A stretch of 64,000 nt of DNA from Candidatus Latescibacterota bacterium (GTDB lineage: Bacteria > Latescibacterota > UBA2968 > UBA8231): positions 1,984,001-2,048,000 of the forward strand of contig OZ242318.1 in NCBI GenBank assembly GCA_965208105.1. Direction: 5' to 3'. Under the pieces are notes generated by a model. The model was given only the letters and a program-made list of their open reading frames with translations. It searched no databases and was not told the DNA's origin. Below are positions 48,312 to 58,711 of the stretch, piece by piece (the first letter of the stretch is position 1; every line of letters starts with the position of its first letter). The position numbers and the translations under genes are program-made.

Positions 48312-48399
48312 AGGTAACGTTCCGCCGGTTTGCGAACCGCGAAGCGGTTGCTGATGGCCAAGGCGGCAAGGCCGCCACAGCGGAAACCGGATGTTACCT
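48312..48399 (-). repeat. attC site
   Basis: TAAC..CCGGTTT..AACCGCGAAGCGGTT..GGCGGCAAGGCCGCC..AAACCGG..GTTA. Confidence 0.88.
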
Positions 48400-48444
48400 G
48401 CCGTCACAGCCGGGGATTCCGAAAATCGAAGGTCAATGGCCCGA

Positions 48445-49458
48445 CTAATCCAGTTTCATCGACATCCCGCCAAACCCCAAATACCAGTATCGGTATCCTA
48501 CAGAATGAAGAATCGACCGAACAGGGCTATGGACACTTGACACTTCGTAACCGCACTCGGCGCCTTGCCGAACCATTTCTGCTACAGCATGATGGTAGAG
48601 GACTTTCCCAATACCGCGTCTACGGAAACCCGGCACGACATAGAGACCGCATACCCTTGCCATCACTTCACGTTGCTGCCGGTCAGGCTCAACGTGTCCG
48701 AGCCACCCTACCAGATCTTCATCTACCAACGCAGCAAAGGTCGTCTGTGTAGTTGGCACCAGATCAGCCGGTGGACCTCCCGTATCCATGCGCCTTAGAC
48801 TACCAAGTTCGTCCACCGTGCAAGATCTGACAGTGATACCCTCGGCGCCGAGAAACTCGATCATCTGCCGGATCTCGGACGACAGCCCGAAACCTTCCAG
48901 AGATCCACCCATGAAGACCTCATATCCCGCGTCCGTGTAAATCCATGACCTTCCTTCCTCGACCAGAGTTTGCTCCCAATTCTCTTCCCACGAGAACCCC
49001 GCTTCGAGAACAGCCATGTGGATTGGAGATTCGACCTCCACCGCTCCGCTGGGGCCTACCAGGGCCTTCTTGAGCCCGAATCCACGGAAAGATTTAAGAG
49101 CTTCGCCCAGGAGAGCATCCGCGATTTGCTGCCCTGTGTGATCTTTGTGCATAAACGCAGATAGGATATACCCAACAAGCTCTTCCCTGTTTACCGAACA
49201 GATAAGGATGCCAACAGGCACATCCCCCCTTCGGGCTACAATTACTGTTTCTGGAAATACCTCGCCTCTCCACTGTGAAACGGCCCGACCCTCAAGTGCT
49301 TCTTCCATATAAGACGTAAACGTATGGAGACCAACCGAGGCCACATTTGGATGCTCGTACCCATCGGGACGGATCACGTATGGCCTTTTTCCATAGAGTT
49401 GCCACCAGAATTCAGCACATTCGTCAGATATGCTTTCGCGATATTTAACCAAAGTCAT
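48445..49458 (-). CDS. Tandem GNAT acetyltransferase
   Basis: VVPGFRRRGIGKVL acetyl-CoA motif; N-terminal second GNAT-like half. Confidence 0.8.
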   Translation of the reverse strand: MTLVKYRESISDECAEFWWQLYGKRPYVIRPDGYEHPNVASVGLHTFTSYMEEALEGRAVSQWRGEVFPETVIVARRGDVPVGILICSVNREELVGYILSAFMHKDHTGQQIADALLGEALKSFRGFGLKKALVGPSGAVEVESPIHMAVLEAGFSWEENWEQTLVEEGRSWIYTDAGYEVFMGGSLEGFGLSSEIRQMIEFLGAEGITVRSCTVDELGSLRRMDTGGPPADLVPTTQTTFAALVDEDLVGWLGHVEPDRQQREVMARVCGLYVVPGFRRRGIGKVLYHHAVAEMVRQGAECGYEVSSVHSPVRSILHSVGYRYWYLGFGGMSMKLD

Positions 49459-49529
49459 TGAAAGACCTCCACGATTGAACAGGTCCTGACTTCACAAGAT
49501 GTCCCTCCCCCCGGACGGGGCTTAATGGC

Positions 49530-49612
49530 AGGTAACGTCTTCGCCGTGCCCGAACCGCGAATGCAGTTGCGCGAAGGGCGAATGCCCGAACCCGGGCACG
49601 GACGTGTTAGGC
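49530..49612 (-). repeat. attC site
   Basis: Consensus type. Confidence 0.9.
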
Positions 49613-49624
49613 GTAGTGCACCCT

Positions 49625-50034
49625 CTAGCGATAATGCCTGACTTTTGGATCTCGAAATCTCATCGCCGAGGTATGCCATAGATTGAAACCGATTCCTCCA
49701 CTGTTGTATGAGTCATCAGTAAGCCGGTTTACCAGATGCCCATCAATGTAGCTTGTCAGCGATTGGCCCCGAGCAGCGATCACGATTTCGTATTCGCGGC
49801 CAATTTCAGTGGGAAAATCAATCACATCAAGCCAGATAACCCCGCCTGTATCCGGACCCCGCTTGCTGATAGCGACCGATAGCGGTGTCCAGAAGTCCAG
49901 CATATAGAAAGACTTGCCTCGCGCAGCAGGGACTCCCATTCGAAGGGCTGCTCCGATTCGTGGTGGACGGCAGCTGCTGGTATGGCAAAAGCCAGCAGAC
50001 CCACGGCCAACAGTGTTCCCCATTCGAATGTCAT
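49625..50034 (-). pseudogene. Secreted DUF1080-like protein with internal deletion/frameshift
   Basis: Signal peptide MTFEWGTLLAVGLLAFAIPAAA..WESLL (ATG 50034), then other frame YMLDF..EYEIVIAARGQSLTSYIDG..GGIGF..FRD. Confidence 0.65.
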
Positions 50035-50057
50035 GATGCCCTCCATCTGTGCATTAC

Positions 50058-50137
50058 GCCTTGTTCTCGCCGTGCCCGAACCGCGAATGCGGTTGCGCGA
50101 AGGGCATAGCCCGAAGCCGGGCACGGACGTGTTATAG
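50058..50137 (-). repeat. attC site with destroyed R' core
   Basis: Consensus interior; left core reads GCCTT instead of GCCTAAC. Confidence 0.85.
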
Positions 50138-50181
50138 GAAATGCCAGCTGGTGCGCCGAAGTAATTCTCAGAGGATTAAGC

Positions 50182-50754
50182 CTAACTCCTAATCTGGATT
50201 TCCCAGTTCGATCTGGCCATAACATAGATCGCGCCCTCCCACCACTTATCAGACCGGAGTAGGCACTTCTCCCTGATTTCGGCCAGCCTGAATCCAAGAC
50301 GTTCAGGTATTGCCCGACTTGCCTGGTTGACAGTCGCAGCGCAGACCGTCACTGTGCCCAAACGTAGCTCCGTAAATGCGATATCAAGTAGTGACTTGCA
50401 GCACTTGGTTATGATCCCCTTTCCTCTGTAGGATTTAAAGAGCCAGTAGCCAAGGTCCCCAGTATCTCCGACTTTGATTCCAGAAATCCGACATGTTCCA
50501 GCGACTTTCCCTCCTAGTTCGACCGCCCCTCCGAGCCGGGTGGAGGTCTTCAGGGCTTCGTTCACACGATAAATCTCCGCATGGAGGTCCGCAATGTTTT
50601 CCATCGTGTTGATCGAATGAATCCAAAATAAGTCATCTTTCTCATTTTCGATCAGGTGATATAACTTGGCAACATCAGTCTTGGAATAGGGCCTGATGCA
50701 CAGCCCATCCTCGACTTGAATGGTTTGCGTGCAATCGTATGTAGTCGCGGCCAT
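50182..50754 (-). CDS. RimJ/RimL-family GNAT
   Basis: LGYWLFKSYRGKGIIT, NQASRAIPERLGF. Confidence 0.88.
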   Translation of the reverse strand: MAATTYDCTQTIQVEDGLCIRPYSKTDVAKLYHLIENEKDDLFWIHSINTMENIADLHAEIYRVNEALKTSTRLGGAVELGGKVAGTCRISGIKVGDTGDLGYWLFKSYRGKGIITKCCKSLLDIAFTELRLGTVTVCAATVNQASRAIPERLGFRLAEIREKCLLRSDKWWEGAIYVMARSNWEIQIRS

Positions 50755-50811
50755 GAGATCCCCTCAGTCAGGAGGTTTTAAAAGATCGCATATGTCCAAA
50801 ATTTGGCTTTC

Positions 50812-50893
50812 CTATAACGTTTTTTGGCTACCCGACCTGCTCAGCAGGTCCCGAAGGGCCGGGCGAAGCCCGAGCGGGTAGACGATGTTAGGC
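50812..50893 (-). repeat. attC site, three-hairpin form
   Basis: CTACCCG ACCTGCTCAGCAGGT CCCGAAGGG..GGGCGAAGCCC..CGGGTAG..GTTA. Confidence 0.85.
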
Positions 50894-50944
50894 GACGTGA
50901 GATTTTACTTTCATAAACCACAGTGATCAAAGACCTCTCAAAAT

Positions 50945-51676
50945 CTATTCATAAAACTGAAGAAATACAGATAGCGGCGCTTCCAAGGCCAGAATGGGGC
51001 AGGGGAAGGCACGTTGCAGGTCCGAAAAGGCCTCTACCTCAGGTGCGTTTATCGAATGCAGAAATTGATCGACTAGGTCGCGCTTTACTTCGCCTTCATG
51101 ATTAAGGAATTGCCCCCAGTTACCATAATACTTCAGTTCCTTCAAGGGCGCCGATGTCGCCGTGTCCAAGTAGGACGGTGGGAAAAGCCGGCGGTAGGCC
51201 TCAATGCTGTAGAGCCAGGAACATCCAACCACTGTACGAGCATTCGGCACTTGCTTGCTGATGTGATCAATGAGGGCGTCCAACTCCGACTTGCGGACCG
51301 AGGATCGGACTATCGACAGCGGCCCATGTCCTGACGTGTCGCTGTTGCGAAAGTGCAGGCGTATTCTGCCACCGTCCCGCACCTCATAGCGGAAACAGCC
51401 AAATGTGGGCTCGTCCGAGGAGGTATTGGACGAATCTCTCTCCCGATTTTTGAGATATATCTCATAGATGCACGCAAGCGGGTCGGCCGCCGTCTCGATG
51501 GTTTTGCAATAATCGGTCCAGCGTCCCTCATCTTTCGAGTCTTATTCGGCAATCCCCAGACGCAGCGGAATGTTGGTCCACTCCTTTAGGACCGTGGCTA
51601 TAGGCCCGTGTATAATCCGGGCGACTACTAGACCGAAAGCGTAGTTCACCTCAAAGTATTCGATTGGTAGTGCCAT
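50945..51676 (-). pseudogene. Hypothetical protein interrupted by one in-frame TAA (51542-51544)
   Basis: MALPIEYFEVNYAF..LRLGIAE*DSKDEGRW..FGCFRYEVRDGGRIRLHF is continuous with ORF 50945..51382. Confidence 0.65.
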
Positions 51677-51795
51677 CTGCTATTTCTGTTTTTCAGGAAG
51701 TCAGAAAAAATGGCGATTCGGTGTCTCACTTCAATTCACACCTTACCTTCATTTCACCAGATCCCCTCAAAGAAATCCACCGCTTTTTTCATGTT

Positions 51796-51885
51796 GCCAA
51801 ACGTTATGCCGGTTGCCGAACTCGCGAAGCGAGTTGCCGTAGGCCAGGGAGCACCTGCGCCGAAGCGGCAAACATGCTGTTAGCC
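51796..51885 (-). repeat. attC site (core AAAC)
   Basis: TTGCCG AACTCGCGAAGCGAGTT..CGGCAA..GTTA. Confidence 0.85.
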
Positions 51886-51915
51886 GACGTTGGTCGACTC
51901 TTCCTTGAAATGGCC

Positions 51916-52596
51916 TCAAGAAGACATACCCTCGAGGTGATCAAATAGATCGTCGATGCAGTCGACCGAAGCCAGCTTAGGGGCAGTCTCCCATGCAATG
52001 TCCCGAGATGCATACCATTTGGCTTGCACCGGCCGCATGCCCACAGCCGCAGCACCTTGCAATTCATCAAACCCACCGTCGCCCACAAAAACGCCCTCTT
52101 TTGGTCTGAATTGGAGGCGCTCGCACGCTAGATGATATATCTCGGCTTCGGGCTTCATGGTATTCACTTGGCACGAGAAAACATGATCATCGACAACATC
52201 CCGCAGGGGGCACTCTGGCCAACAGACGATCTCGTCAGGTGTCGCATTACTCAGGATTCCGACCCGCCAACCGCTAGCCCGAAGCCGTGACAGCAAGCGT
52301 ATCGTCTTGGGCTCGACCTCAAGCAAATAGTCTCGCTTACGTGACTCCCTATCCTTGCTGAGTTCATCTAAGGTTGCGGCATCCACTGAAGTGCATAGTG
52401 CCTCGCACAACGCTGATAAGGTTTCCCTATACGATGCAAACTTGCCGGTCATTCGGTCTCTGCTGCTAGTTCGCCACCATGCCCTGACGTCTTCCAACTC
52501 CAAACCGAGCCGATCAGCAAACGACTGCTGCGTCGGACGATCCGGATACTGCTGTGTTACGAGCGTTTCGAAGAGATCGAATAGAGCCGCTTTCAC
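51916..52596 (-). CDS. HAD-superfamily hydrolase
   Basis: LFDLFETL, LSNA, KPEAEIY, FVGDGGFDEL. Confidence 0.88.
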   Translation of the reverse strand: MKAALFDLFETLVTQQYPDRPTQQSFADRLGLELEDVRAWWRTSSRDRMTGKFASYRETLSALCEALCTSVDAATLDELSKDRESRKRDYLLEVEPKTIRLLSRLRASGWRVGILSNATPDEIVCWPECPLRDVVDDHVFSCQVNTMKPEAEIYHLACERLQFRPKEGVFVGDGGFDELQGAAAVGMRPVQAKWYASRDIAWETAPKLASVDCIDDLFDHLEGMSS

Positions 52597-52654
52597 AAGG
52601 TCTCTAATTCACATGGCTGGAGCCATCAAATCGAGGGTCTCCCAACCCAATGTC

Positions 52655-52751
52655 GGCTAACGTTCCGCCGGTTTGCGAAGCCCGAGCTTGTCGAGGGGTT
52701 GCCGAAGGCCGGGCGCCAAAGGCGCCGCAGCGCAACACCGCGCTGTTACCT
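52655..52751 (-). repeat. attC site (near-identical to 61287-61383)
   Basis: TAACGTTCCGCCGGTTTGCGAAGCCCGAGCTTGTCGAGGGGTT..GCTGTTA. Confidence 0.88.
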
Positions 52752-52773
52752 GAAAGTGGAACACGAATCCGAA

Positions 52774-53307
52774 CTATCCATCTGCAGTGTCTTTTGTCAA
52801 GTAAACGTAAAGTTCCTCGTCGCGTTGAGGCTGGCCATCTGCATCATAGTACGTGTAACCTGAAAGAAATTCTCCGTATCCAGCATCTTGGTAACCAAGT
52901 CTCCTATATAGTTCACGTGCCACATCCTGGCTTGGATTGTGTGCTGTGACCTCAAGACCGACGAGTTTCACGCCCCTGTTTCGAACAAGGTTTTCAGCCG
53001 ACTCCATTAGCAATCTGCCAAACCCCTTTCCGCGAGCGTCTTCCGAAACCGTGAGGTCGCCAATCTCCGCACAGCCAAGTTCACCTGCCTGATATGTCCG
53101 GTCGCAGCGCCCACCCGGCCATCGTACAAGGACGTATCCAATTGGAATGCAATCATCCCACGCAACAAGGAAGGATAGCTCACCGGACCTCTGCCATCCG
53201 AAATACTTGATATGACGATTGCCAGGTGTACCAGGTTTCTCAGGAAAAGCCGCGACTAAGTGAGGTATGTCGGCTTCTTCTGCAACTCGAACCATTGACG
53301 TTTTCAT
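52774..53307 (-). CDS. GNAT acetyltransferase
   Basis: VSEDARGKGFGRLL, ARELYRRLGY. Confidence 0.88.
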   Translation of the reverse strand: MKTSMVRVAEEADIPHLVAAFPEKPGTPGNRHIKYFGWQRSGELSFLVAWDDCIPIGYVLVRWPGGRCDRTYQAGELGCAEIGDLTVSEDARGKGFGRLLMESAENLVRNRGVKLVGLEVTAHNPSQDVARELYRRLGYQDAGYGEFLSGYTYYDADGQPQRDEELYVYLTKDTADG

Positions 53308-53314
53308 CCATTTC

Positions 53315-53397
53315 AGGTAACGATATCGCCGTGCCCGAACCGCGAATGCGGTTGCGTAAAGGGCGTAACCCCGAAGCCGGGCACGGACGTGTTAGCC
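53315..53397 (-). repeat. attC site
   Basis: Consensus type. Confidence 0.9.
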
Positions 53398-54084
53398 GTT
53401 GGGCCCCGCTTTAGAGGACAACCATTGAGCCAGAATCTCGGCGACACTGCTCATTGCCATCTGAAGATTTGTCTTGAAATCATCAGGTGCGGATTCGTCG
53501 GCATCGTCCGTGACTCCTCTCATCTCAAGGTACGGGACTTCGCTGAACCTGCACGCGCGCGCCCCGCCGGCGCCCTCCCAGGCGACAACCAGAGCTTGAG
53601 TCCGCTCACGAACCTGCACTCTCCGACTGGGTTCGACGATGTCCTCATCACCGCTTGCGATTACACCGAAGTGGACTTCGTGGCCCTCCACAGCCGCCGG
53701 CATCCCACGCAAACTCTGGAGCGCTGTCGGATCACCCTCGAATGAGGGCACCGGACTGTCGTTGAACCTGTTGATGTAATCGTGCTCAACCGTTCGGGTG
53801 CCGACCACCACATCCCCGACGCGCAGTCCATCCGCCAGCCCCCCAGCGGCACCTGTGCAAATCACGAGGTCCCAACCTGATCCCGCATCCAGAAGATGCT
53901 GCAGCTGAACTCCGAACTGAGCCTTGCCTGTGCCACCCACCGCAAGAGTGAGTCCGAGGTCGGGGAACTGGGTGACAGGCAGCCGCCCTATGGTCTTAGC
54001 TCGTTGATCATGCCCGGCCGCCACGAGATCGTCGCGAATGGCTTCCAGCTCTTCTAGCATTGGTGCTACAGCGGCCACTTGCAT
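53392..54084 (-). CDS. MTA/SAH nucleosidase-like (PNP/UDP family)
   Basis: APMLEE, GGTGK, TGAAGGL..GDVVV, ASGD, WEGAG, RGVTD. Confidence 0.85.
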   Translation of the reverse strand: MQVAAVAPMLEELEAIRDDLVAAGHDQRAKTIGRLPVTQFPDLGLTLAVGGTGKAQFGVQLQHLLDAGSGWDLVICTGAAGGLADGLRVGDVVVGTRTVEHDYINRFNDSPVPSFEGDPTALQSLRGMPAAVEGHEVHFGVIASGDEDIVEPSRRVQVRERTQALVVAWEGAGGARACRFSEVPYLEMRGVTDDADESAPDDFKTNLQMAMSSVAEILAQWLSSKAGPNG

Positions 54085-54133
54085 CTAATTCACATCCCAA
54101 GTGTCCCTTTGTGCTTCCCTTAGGGGGCCTTAC

Positions 54134-54215
54134 GGCTAAAGTTTTCGTGCCCCCGAGCCGCGCTGGGGTTGGGCGAAAGGCCGAATGGCCTGAAGCCGGG
54201 GGCAGGGTGTTATAG
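54134..54215 (-). repeat. attC site (core TAAA); part of the duplicated cassette
   Basis: Matches 62003-62084. Confidence 0.85.
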
Positions 54216-54250
54216 GCCGTGACAGCCTGCAAACAATCAATTAGGAGCGG

Positions 54251-55051
54251 CTATAGCACCTGTATTTTCGATGCAAATCTCTGAAATCGATCAAGTGTTA
54301 TATTCGCCCAACCGACAACAGTCTCAGAGGGTTGCTCAGTTTGCAATTCATTTAGCGCAGAGACTTCGAAATATGAACCATAGATAGCGCCGCAGATATA
54401 ATAATCGCGCACGGGATCTGTAGACTCAACCGAAAGCCTACCCATGTAGGATTCGATCAGCGATTCTATGTTCAAAAGTTTTGGATACGGCGTAACTTGC
54501 GCTCCGGTCCGGAGGACCAGATCGGCAAACGGAGAACTCAACCAGGATAGGCCCAAGTCGAACGCGACGATCTTCTTGCCTAACATGCCTAGATTGGAAT
54601 TGGCCGGATCACCATGCGAGACGCAGGTGCACCGGCTTGCAACCATTTTCTGAAACTCACGGAATATGTACGAGGCAGAGGGTAAGGCACCGAAGTCACT
54701 GCGATAAAGCCGCGAATTAGGGTCCCCCGCTTCGGCAACGAGCTGCGACATGACCGTCCAGTATGATGAAAAGTAGCCAAGATTGCACGGCGGATACTCT
54801 ACCACGCTAACAGAATTGAACTCCACGACCCAATGGAGAACGCGTTCGAAACCAGCTATTTCGGACGTGTCAAACGGCAAGGGCGCGGCCTTTTCCAGGA
54901 CTATCTTCCGCCTACAGCCGTCTTCAATCACGTCAAGCAACTGCACAACGGGCGCACCCGCATCGTTGAGGGCTTTATACTTCTCGACCTCTGAAAACCC
55001 GGGTCTCTCTGGCTTGATCACGTAGGTGCCACAGTCTTGAACCTGAGACAT
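54251..55051 (-). CDS. APH/choline-kinase-like phosphotransferase (copy 1)
   Basis: YVIKP, SHGDPANSN, AFDLG. Confidence 0.72.
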   Translation of the reverse strand: MSQVQDCGTYVIKPERPGFSEVEKYKALNDAGAPVVQLLDVIEDGCRRKIVLEKAAPLPFDTSEIAGFERVLHWVVEFNSVSVVEYPPCNLGYFSSYWTVMSQLVAEAGDPNSRLYRSDFGALPSASYIFREFQKMVASRCTCVSHGDPANSNLGMLGKKIVAFDLGLSWLSSPFADLVLRTGAQVTPYPKLLNIESLIESYMGRLSVESTDPVRDYYICGAIYGSYFEVSALNELQTEQPSETVVGWANITLDRFQRFASKIQVL

Positions 55052-55087
55052 TTGATCGGCTTAGTACACAGCGTCATCTGGTATGGC

Positions 55088-55169
55088 CTATAACGTTTCC
55101 GTGCCCCCGAACCGCGCAGCGGTTGGGCGAAGGGTCGAACGGCCCGGAGCCGGGGGCACGGTGTTATAG
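55088..55169 (-). repeat. attC site
   Basis: CCGTGCCCCCG..CGGGGGCACGG TGTTA. Confidence 0.9.
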
Positions 55170-55215
55170 GATGTGCCAGCCGAGCTTGGAGTACACACGG
55201 CTCTGAGTTCCACCA

Positions 55216-56181
55216 TCACGCTTCAACCGCTTCCGCGATAAAATGGGTGTATGCGTCGCGGTAATCAGGCTGCCATTCTGTCAGATCTGATCCCCATTGA
55301 CGAGCAGCCATCCAACCAAGAGCAATCTTCCCTGCAGTAACCAAGTCGGGCCCTTCAAGGCTTCTAAGTCCTGCCTCGCTGCGCTTGACGGCCATTCTGT
55401 GAATGAGATCTCGATGCCCCGGCCGACCGCTCTCGCCCGAATTGAGAACCTGAAGATAAGCTGGATCCAGAATCCAGGACTGACGCTTTGGGTGAATATC
55501 AATTAGAACCACACGCTCTCCATCCGGAGGCGGATCTCTCACCAAGCCGTTGCAGAGGTGGAAGTCATCGAAGCAAATGTCAGATCCGCACTTCTCTAGG
55601 AGAAAGCGCCAATGGAGGTCGACTTTTTGTAGAAGTTTATCAACGGATCCCGGAGGGTTCCGGTCAATCGATCCCTGAAGCCAACGGGAAACTTCCATCG
55701 GAGTTGTCTCATTCAAACTGGGGTCTTGTATTTTTTCTGCCTGTTGGTAGAAGCGAATTCCCGCGTCAAGCAGCAATTCGAACTCCCTGCCGTTCCAGGC
55801 ACTCCCCAAAGGTCCAAATGGAATGGCTTCCAAAGCGAGCCAATGCACATCAATTCTTCCCAGCCGAGATCCTGAAGCGTAGACCTTGGGCACTAGGTCA
55901 GGTGCAAAGCGATTGAGTTCATTACACCAGAAATTTTCTCGTGTACTGGTACCAACTTTGATAATCACTACGAGGCCTGTCTTTCGATGTAGACCTCGGA
56001 GATGAACAGCGACCATTCCATACTCTTGAAGGAAAGGCTGGATATCGCTAGCGATCGCAGTGATTGCTTCTGTTTGGTTGGCGGCTTTGAGAATCTCACC
56101 CAAGACCGCGCCTGATCGGGATACCCGGCCGTCGCCTTCAAAGATTTTCACGTCTGCACTCCTCTTGGATCTGGCTGGCAT
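55216..56181 (-). CDS. Kinase-like (APH-fold) protein
   Basis: VIIKVG, VPKVY, WLALE, DDFHLCNGL, VLID; true start may be GTG 56151. Confidence 0.62.
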   Translation of the reverse strand: MPARSKRSADVKIFEGDGRVSRSGAVLGEILKAANQTEAITAIASDIQPFLQEYGMVAVHLRGLHRKTGLVVIIKVGTSTRENFWCNELNRFAPDLVPKVYASGSRLGRIDVHWLALEAIPFGPLGSAWNGREFELLLDAGIRFYQQAEKIQDPSLNETTPMEVSRWLQGSIDRNPPGSVDKLLQKVDLHWRFLLEKCGSDICFDDFHLCNGLVRDPPPDGERVVLIDIHPKRQSWILDPAYLQVLNSGESGRPGHRDLIHRMAVKRSEAGLRSLEGPDLVTAGKIALGWMAARQWGSDLTEWQPDYRDAYTHFIAEAVEA

Positions 56182-56184
56182 TTC

Positions 56185-56275
56185 CTATAACGTTACGCCG
56201 ATTGCCGAACCTGCGAAGCAGGTTGCCAGATGCCAAGGCGCGACGAGCGCCGCAGGGGAAAACGAGTTGTTATGC
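56185..56275 (-). repeat. attC site
   Basis: TAAC..AACCTGCGAAGCAGGTT..GGCGCGACGAGCGCC..GTTA. Confidence 0.85.
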
Positions 56276-56287
56276 GATCGGCACTCG

Positions 56288-57373
56288 TCAAGAAGATCGA
56301 AATGGTCCTCCATATCTGACCAAAACGTGCCACAAGTATTTCAGGAGTCCGCGCACTTTCCGAGGATCACCCCAGTTGCTCCACTCAGAAGGATTTCTCC
56401 CCAGGTCCATTGCCGCAGATCCAATCACTCTTGGATCCACGCGGCCATCAATGGCCACGTGTGTGGCAAATGGCGGCATCACGGGACCCCTGAAATCGCT
56501 TGGCACCTCATCAGCTGGCAACGTGAAACCCATGTGCCAGAAACAATCGATGGAATACTCGGAACACACTTCCTCGAGAACTTCGCCGATATGTGTATTC
56601 TTGAAAGAAGGATCAACAACCATTATGTCGGCATCGGTGCGCAGACAAACGTCACCGTGAACCTGTGCCTCGATGTAGTGATTCAAATTGCGGTTGGCCT
56701 CTCGTCCAGATGGATCCTTGAAAGGTTGCTCAAGTTCAGTGAATAGATGCTCGACAAGCCTCCCAGTAGTCAGGTTCCGTTCACCTATCGCAAAATCGCT
56801 GAAGAACGCGTCTTTCATCATGGCGGCAAGTATGCCGTCGAAAGCCTTGTACGTACCATTGGAGCCCGAGTGCGATGAATCCAAGTACGTAAACGTCGTC
56901 CGAGTTGAGACCTCCGGTTTTAAGAGCAGAAAGCAGCATCCAAACCGAGGTGAAGGTCCGTCAGGATGCAACATTAGATCGAGCGCCCCGTACTTGGGCC
57001 GTTCCTCGTCGGAGGTTTCGTTATTGTGATACGCACCACCGAAGAGCCTATCTTCCCACCTGTCGCGCTCACCACCGGAATAAGCAGTTTCGCCACCGCT
57101 CGACATTTTGGTCACGAACTGGTTTCGATAGATTCCCTGTTCTAGCAACGCCTGGGCTACTGGTTTCAGGTCTGGATCTGGTCTGTCCGGATGGAAGTGC
57201 AACCCGACTCGGGCGTGAGACTTGAGCTTGGCGACAGTCTGGTCGAATCGTTCCGGGGCAATATCCGATTGGTAAAGGATGTCGGACAGCCATTTCAGCG
57301 CCCAGTCTCTTTGCTCTCGCCCACAGTGGGTGAAATGATCTAGAGCGGCTAATTGCGATTTTGTCAGATTCAT
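56288..57373 (-). CDS. DUF3626-like protein
   Basis: LHFHPDR, YRNQF, RPKYGALD, GPSPRFG, YIEAQVHG. Confidence 0.78.
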   Translation of the reverse strand: MNLTKSQLAALDHFTHCGREQRDWALKWLSDILYQSDIAPERFDQTVAKLKSHARVGLHFHPDRPDPDLKPVAQALLEQGIYRNQFVTKMSSGGETAYSGGERDRWEDRLFGGAYHNNETSDEERPKYGALDLMLHPDGPSPRFGCCFLLLKPEVSTRTTFTYLDSSHSGSNGTYKAFDGILAAMMKDAFFSDFAIGERNLTTGRLVEHLFTELEQPFKDPSGREANRNLNHYIEAQVHGDVCLRTDADIMVVDPSFKNTHIGEVLEEVCSEYSIDCFWHMGFTLPADEVPSDFRGPVMPPFATHVAIDGRVDPRVIGSAAMDLGRNPSEWSNWGDPRKVRGLLKYLWHVLVRYGGPFRSS

Positions 57374-57413
57374 AGAACAATCGGTGCGGGCACTATTCAG
57401 ACTTGAACTTACC

Positions 57414-58573
57414 TAGTGCTCTGTTAAGGATTCAGGCTTGTACTTTTTCGTACATGTTGGTATCATGGGGACATATGTCCATTTTTCTGGGAGGGTCCTG
57501 CCATGTGCCTCCATGCTCGAACACCGGATGCTGCCGAATCGAAAGAACTGGGCCGATGGCTGAAGCGGCCACGCAATGCCGTACAGATGCGACGAGGGCA
57601 ATTGATCTCCCTCAGTGCCCAGGGTATGCGGGTCCAGGAGCTGTCGGCGACGCTGCATCTGCACGAGGAATACATCCGCTCCCTGGTCCGACGATACAAC
57701 GAGGAAGGGCTGGCGTCGCTTCGCACGCGAGCCCACCCGGGGCGCACCCCAGCGCTGACGCCCGAAGACGAGTCCGTGGTGGTGGAGATCGCCAAGATGC
57801 CCCCTCGGGCTTTCGGCCAACCCTTCAACCAGTGGTCGCTGCGCAAGCTGACCGACTGTCTGGTCGGGCGCAAGATGATCCCCAAGGTCTCGCACGTGAC
57901 CATCGCCAAGGTCTTGGACCGGCATAAGGTCACCTACCAACGTACCCGCACCTGGAAGGAGTCGAAGGATCCGGATTTCTCCTCGAAAAAAAACGCATCG
58001 ACCGCCTCTACCGGCGTGCGCCGAAGGACTCGGTCGTAGTCTGCTTCGACGAAATGGGGCCCGTGCAGATCAAGCCCCATGCCGGCTCCTCCTGGGCGCC
58101 GCAGAAGCACCCGGTGCGGCACCGAGCCACCTACACCCGGCACGCCGGGGTCAGCTATTTCTTCGGCGCCTACAACGTCCACGAGGACGTCCTGTGGATG
58201 CATCACAAGCGAAAGAAGCACGCCTCGGAGGTGCTCACTTTCCTCAAGGCCATCCGGCACCGCTACCGCAAGGCCCAACGCATCTACCTCGTTCTGGACA
58301 ATTTGTCGACGCACGCGACCCCAAAGATTCGGCAATGGTGTCGGCAGCATCGAGTCTCCCTCGTCTTCACCGCTACCAACGCCTCCTGGATGAACCGTCT
58401 CGAATGCCATCTGACCGCCGCCCACTACTTCGTCATCAAGAACAGCGACCCAAGGGACCATCGAGACATCGGCCAGCGCATGCAGGAATACCTCGTATGG
58501 AGAAATCGAAACCAGGACGATGCCAAGCTCGCCAAAATACAAAATTCAATGCCCACTCTTTAACAGCGCACTA
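57414..58573 (+). mobile_element. IS630-family insertion sequence
   Basis: IRs TAGTGCTCTGTTAAGGA / revcomp TAGTGCGCTGTTAAAGA; TA duplication within CTAG; two overlapping ORFs. Confidence 0.92.
57503..58563 (+). CDS. IS630 transposase (ORFA HTH + ORFB DDE, joined by a probable -1 frameshift at A8, 57986-57993)
   Basis: WSLRKL HTH; frameshifted KKRIDRLY..VCFDEMGP..LDNLSTH..SWMNRLE. Confidence 0.88.
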
Positions 58574-58583
58574 GTGCCCGTTC

Positions 58584-58665
58584 GCATAACGTTTCCGCCG
58601 TGCCCGAACCGCGCAAGCGGTTGCGCGAAGGGCGTAGCCCGAAGCCGGGCACGGACGTGTTATCT
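58584..58665 (-). repeat. attC site
   Basis: Consensus type. Confidence 0.9.
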
Positions 58666-58711
58666 GACGTGCGATTCACTGCGTAGTCCACCAGGAACTT
58701 CGAGCGTGCGT

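Noticed and set aside
57387-58580. CGGGCACTA / TAGTGCCCG around the IS630 as ends of another element
   Set aside because: The right copy is explained as the cassette outer arm pairing with 56269-56285, and the match is only 9 bp.
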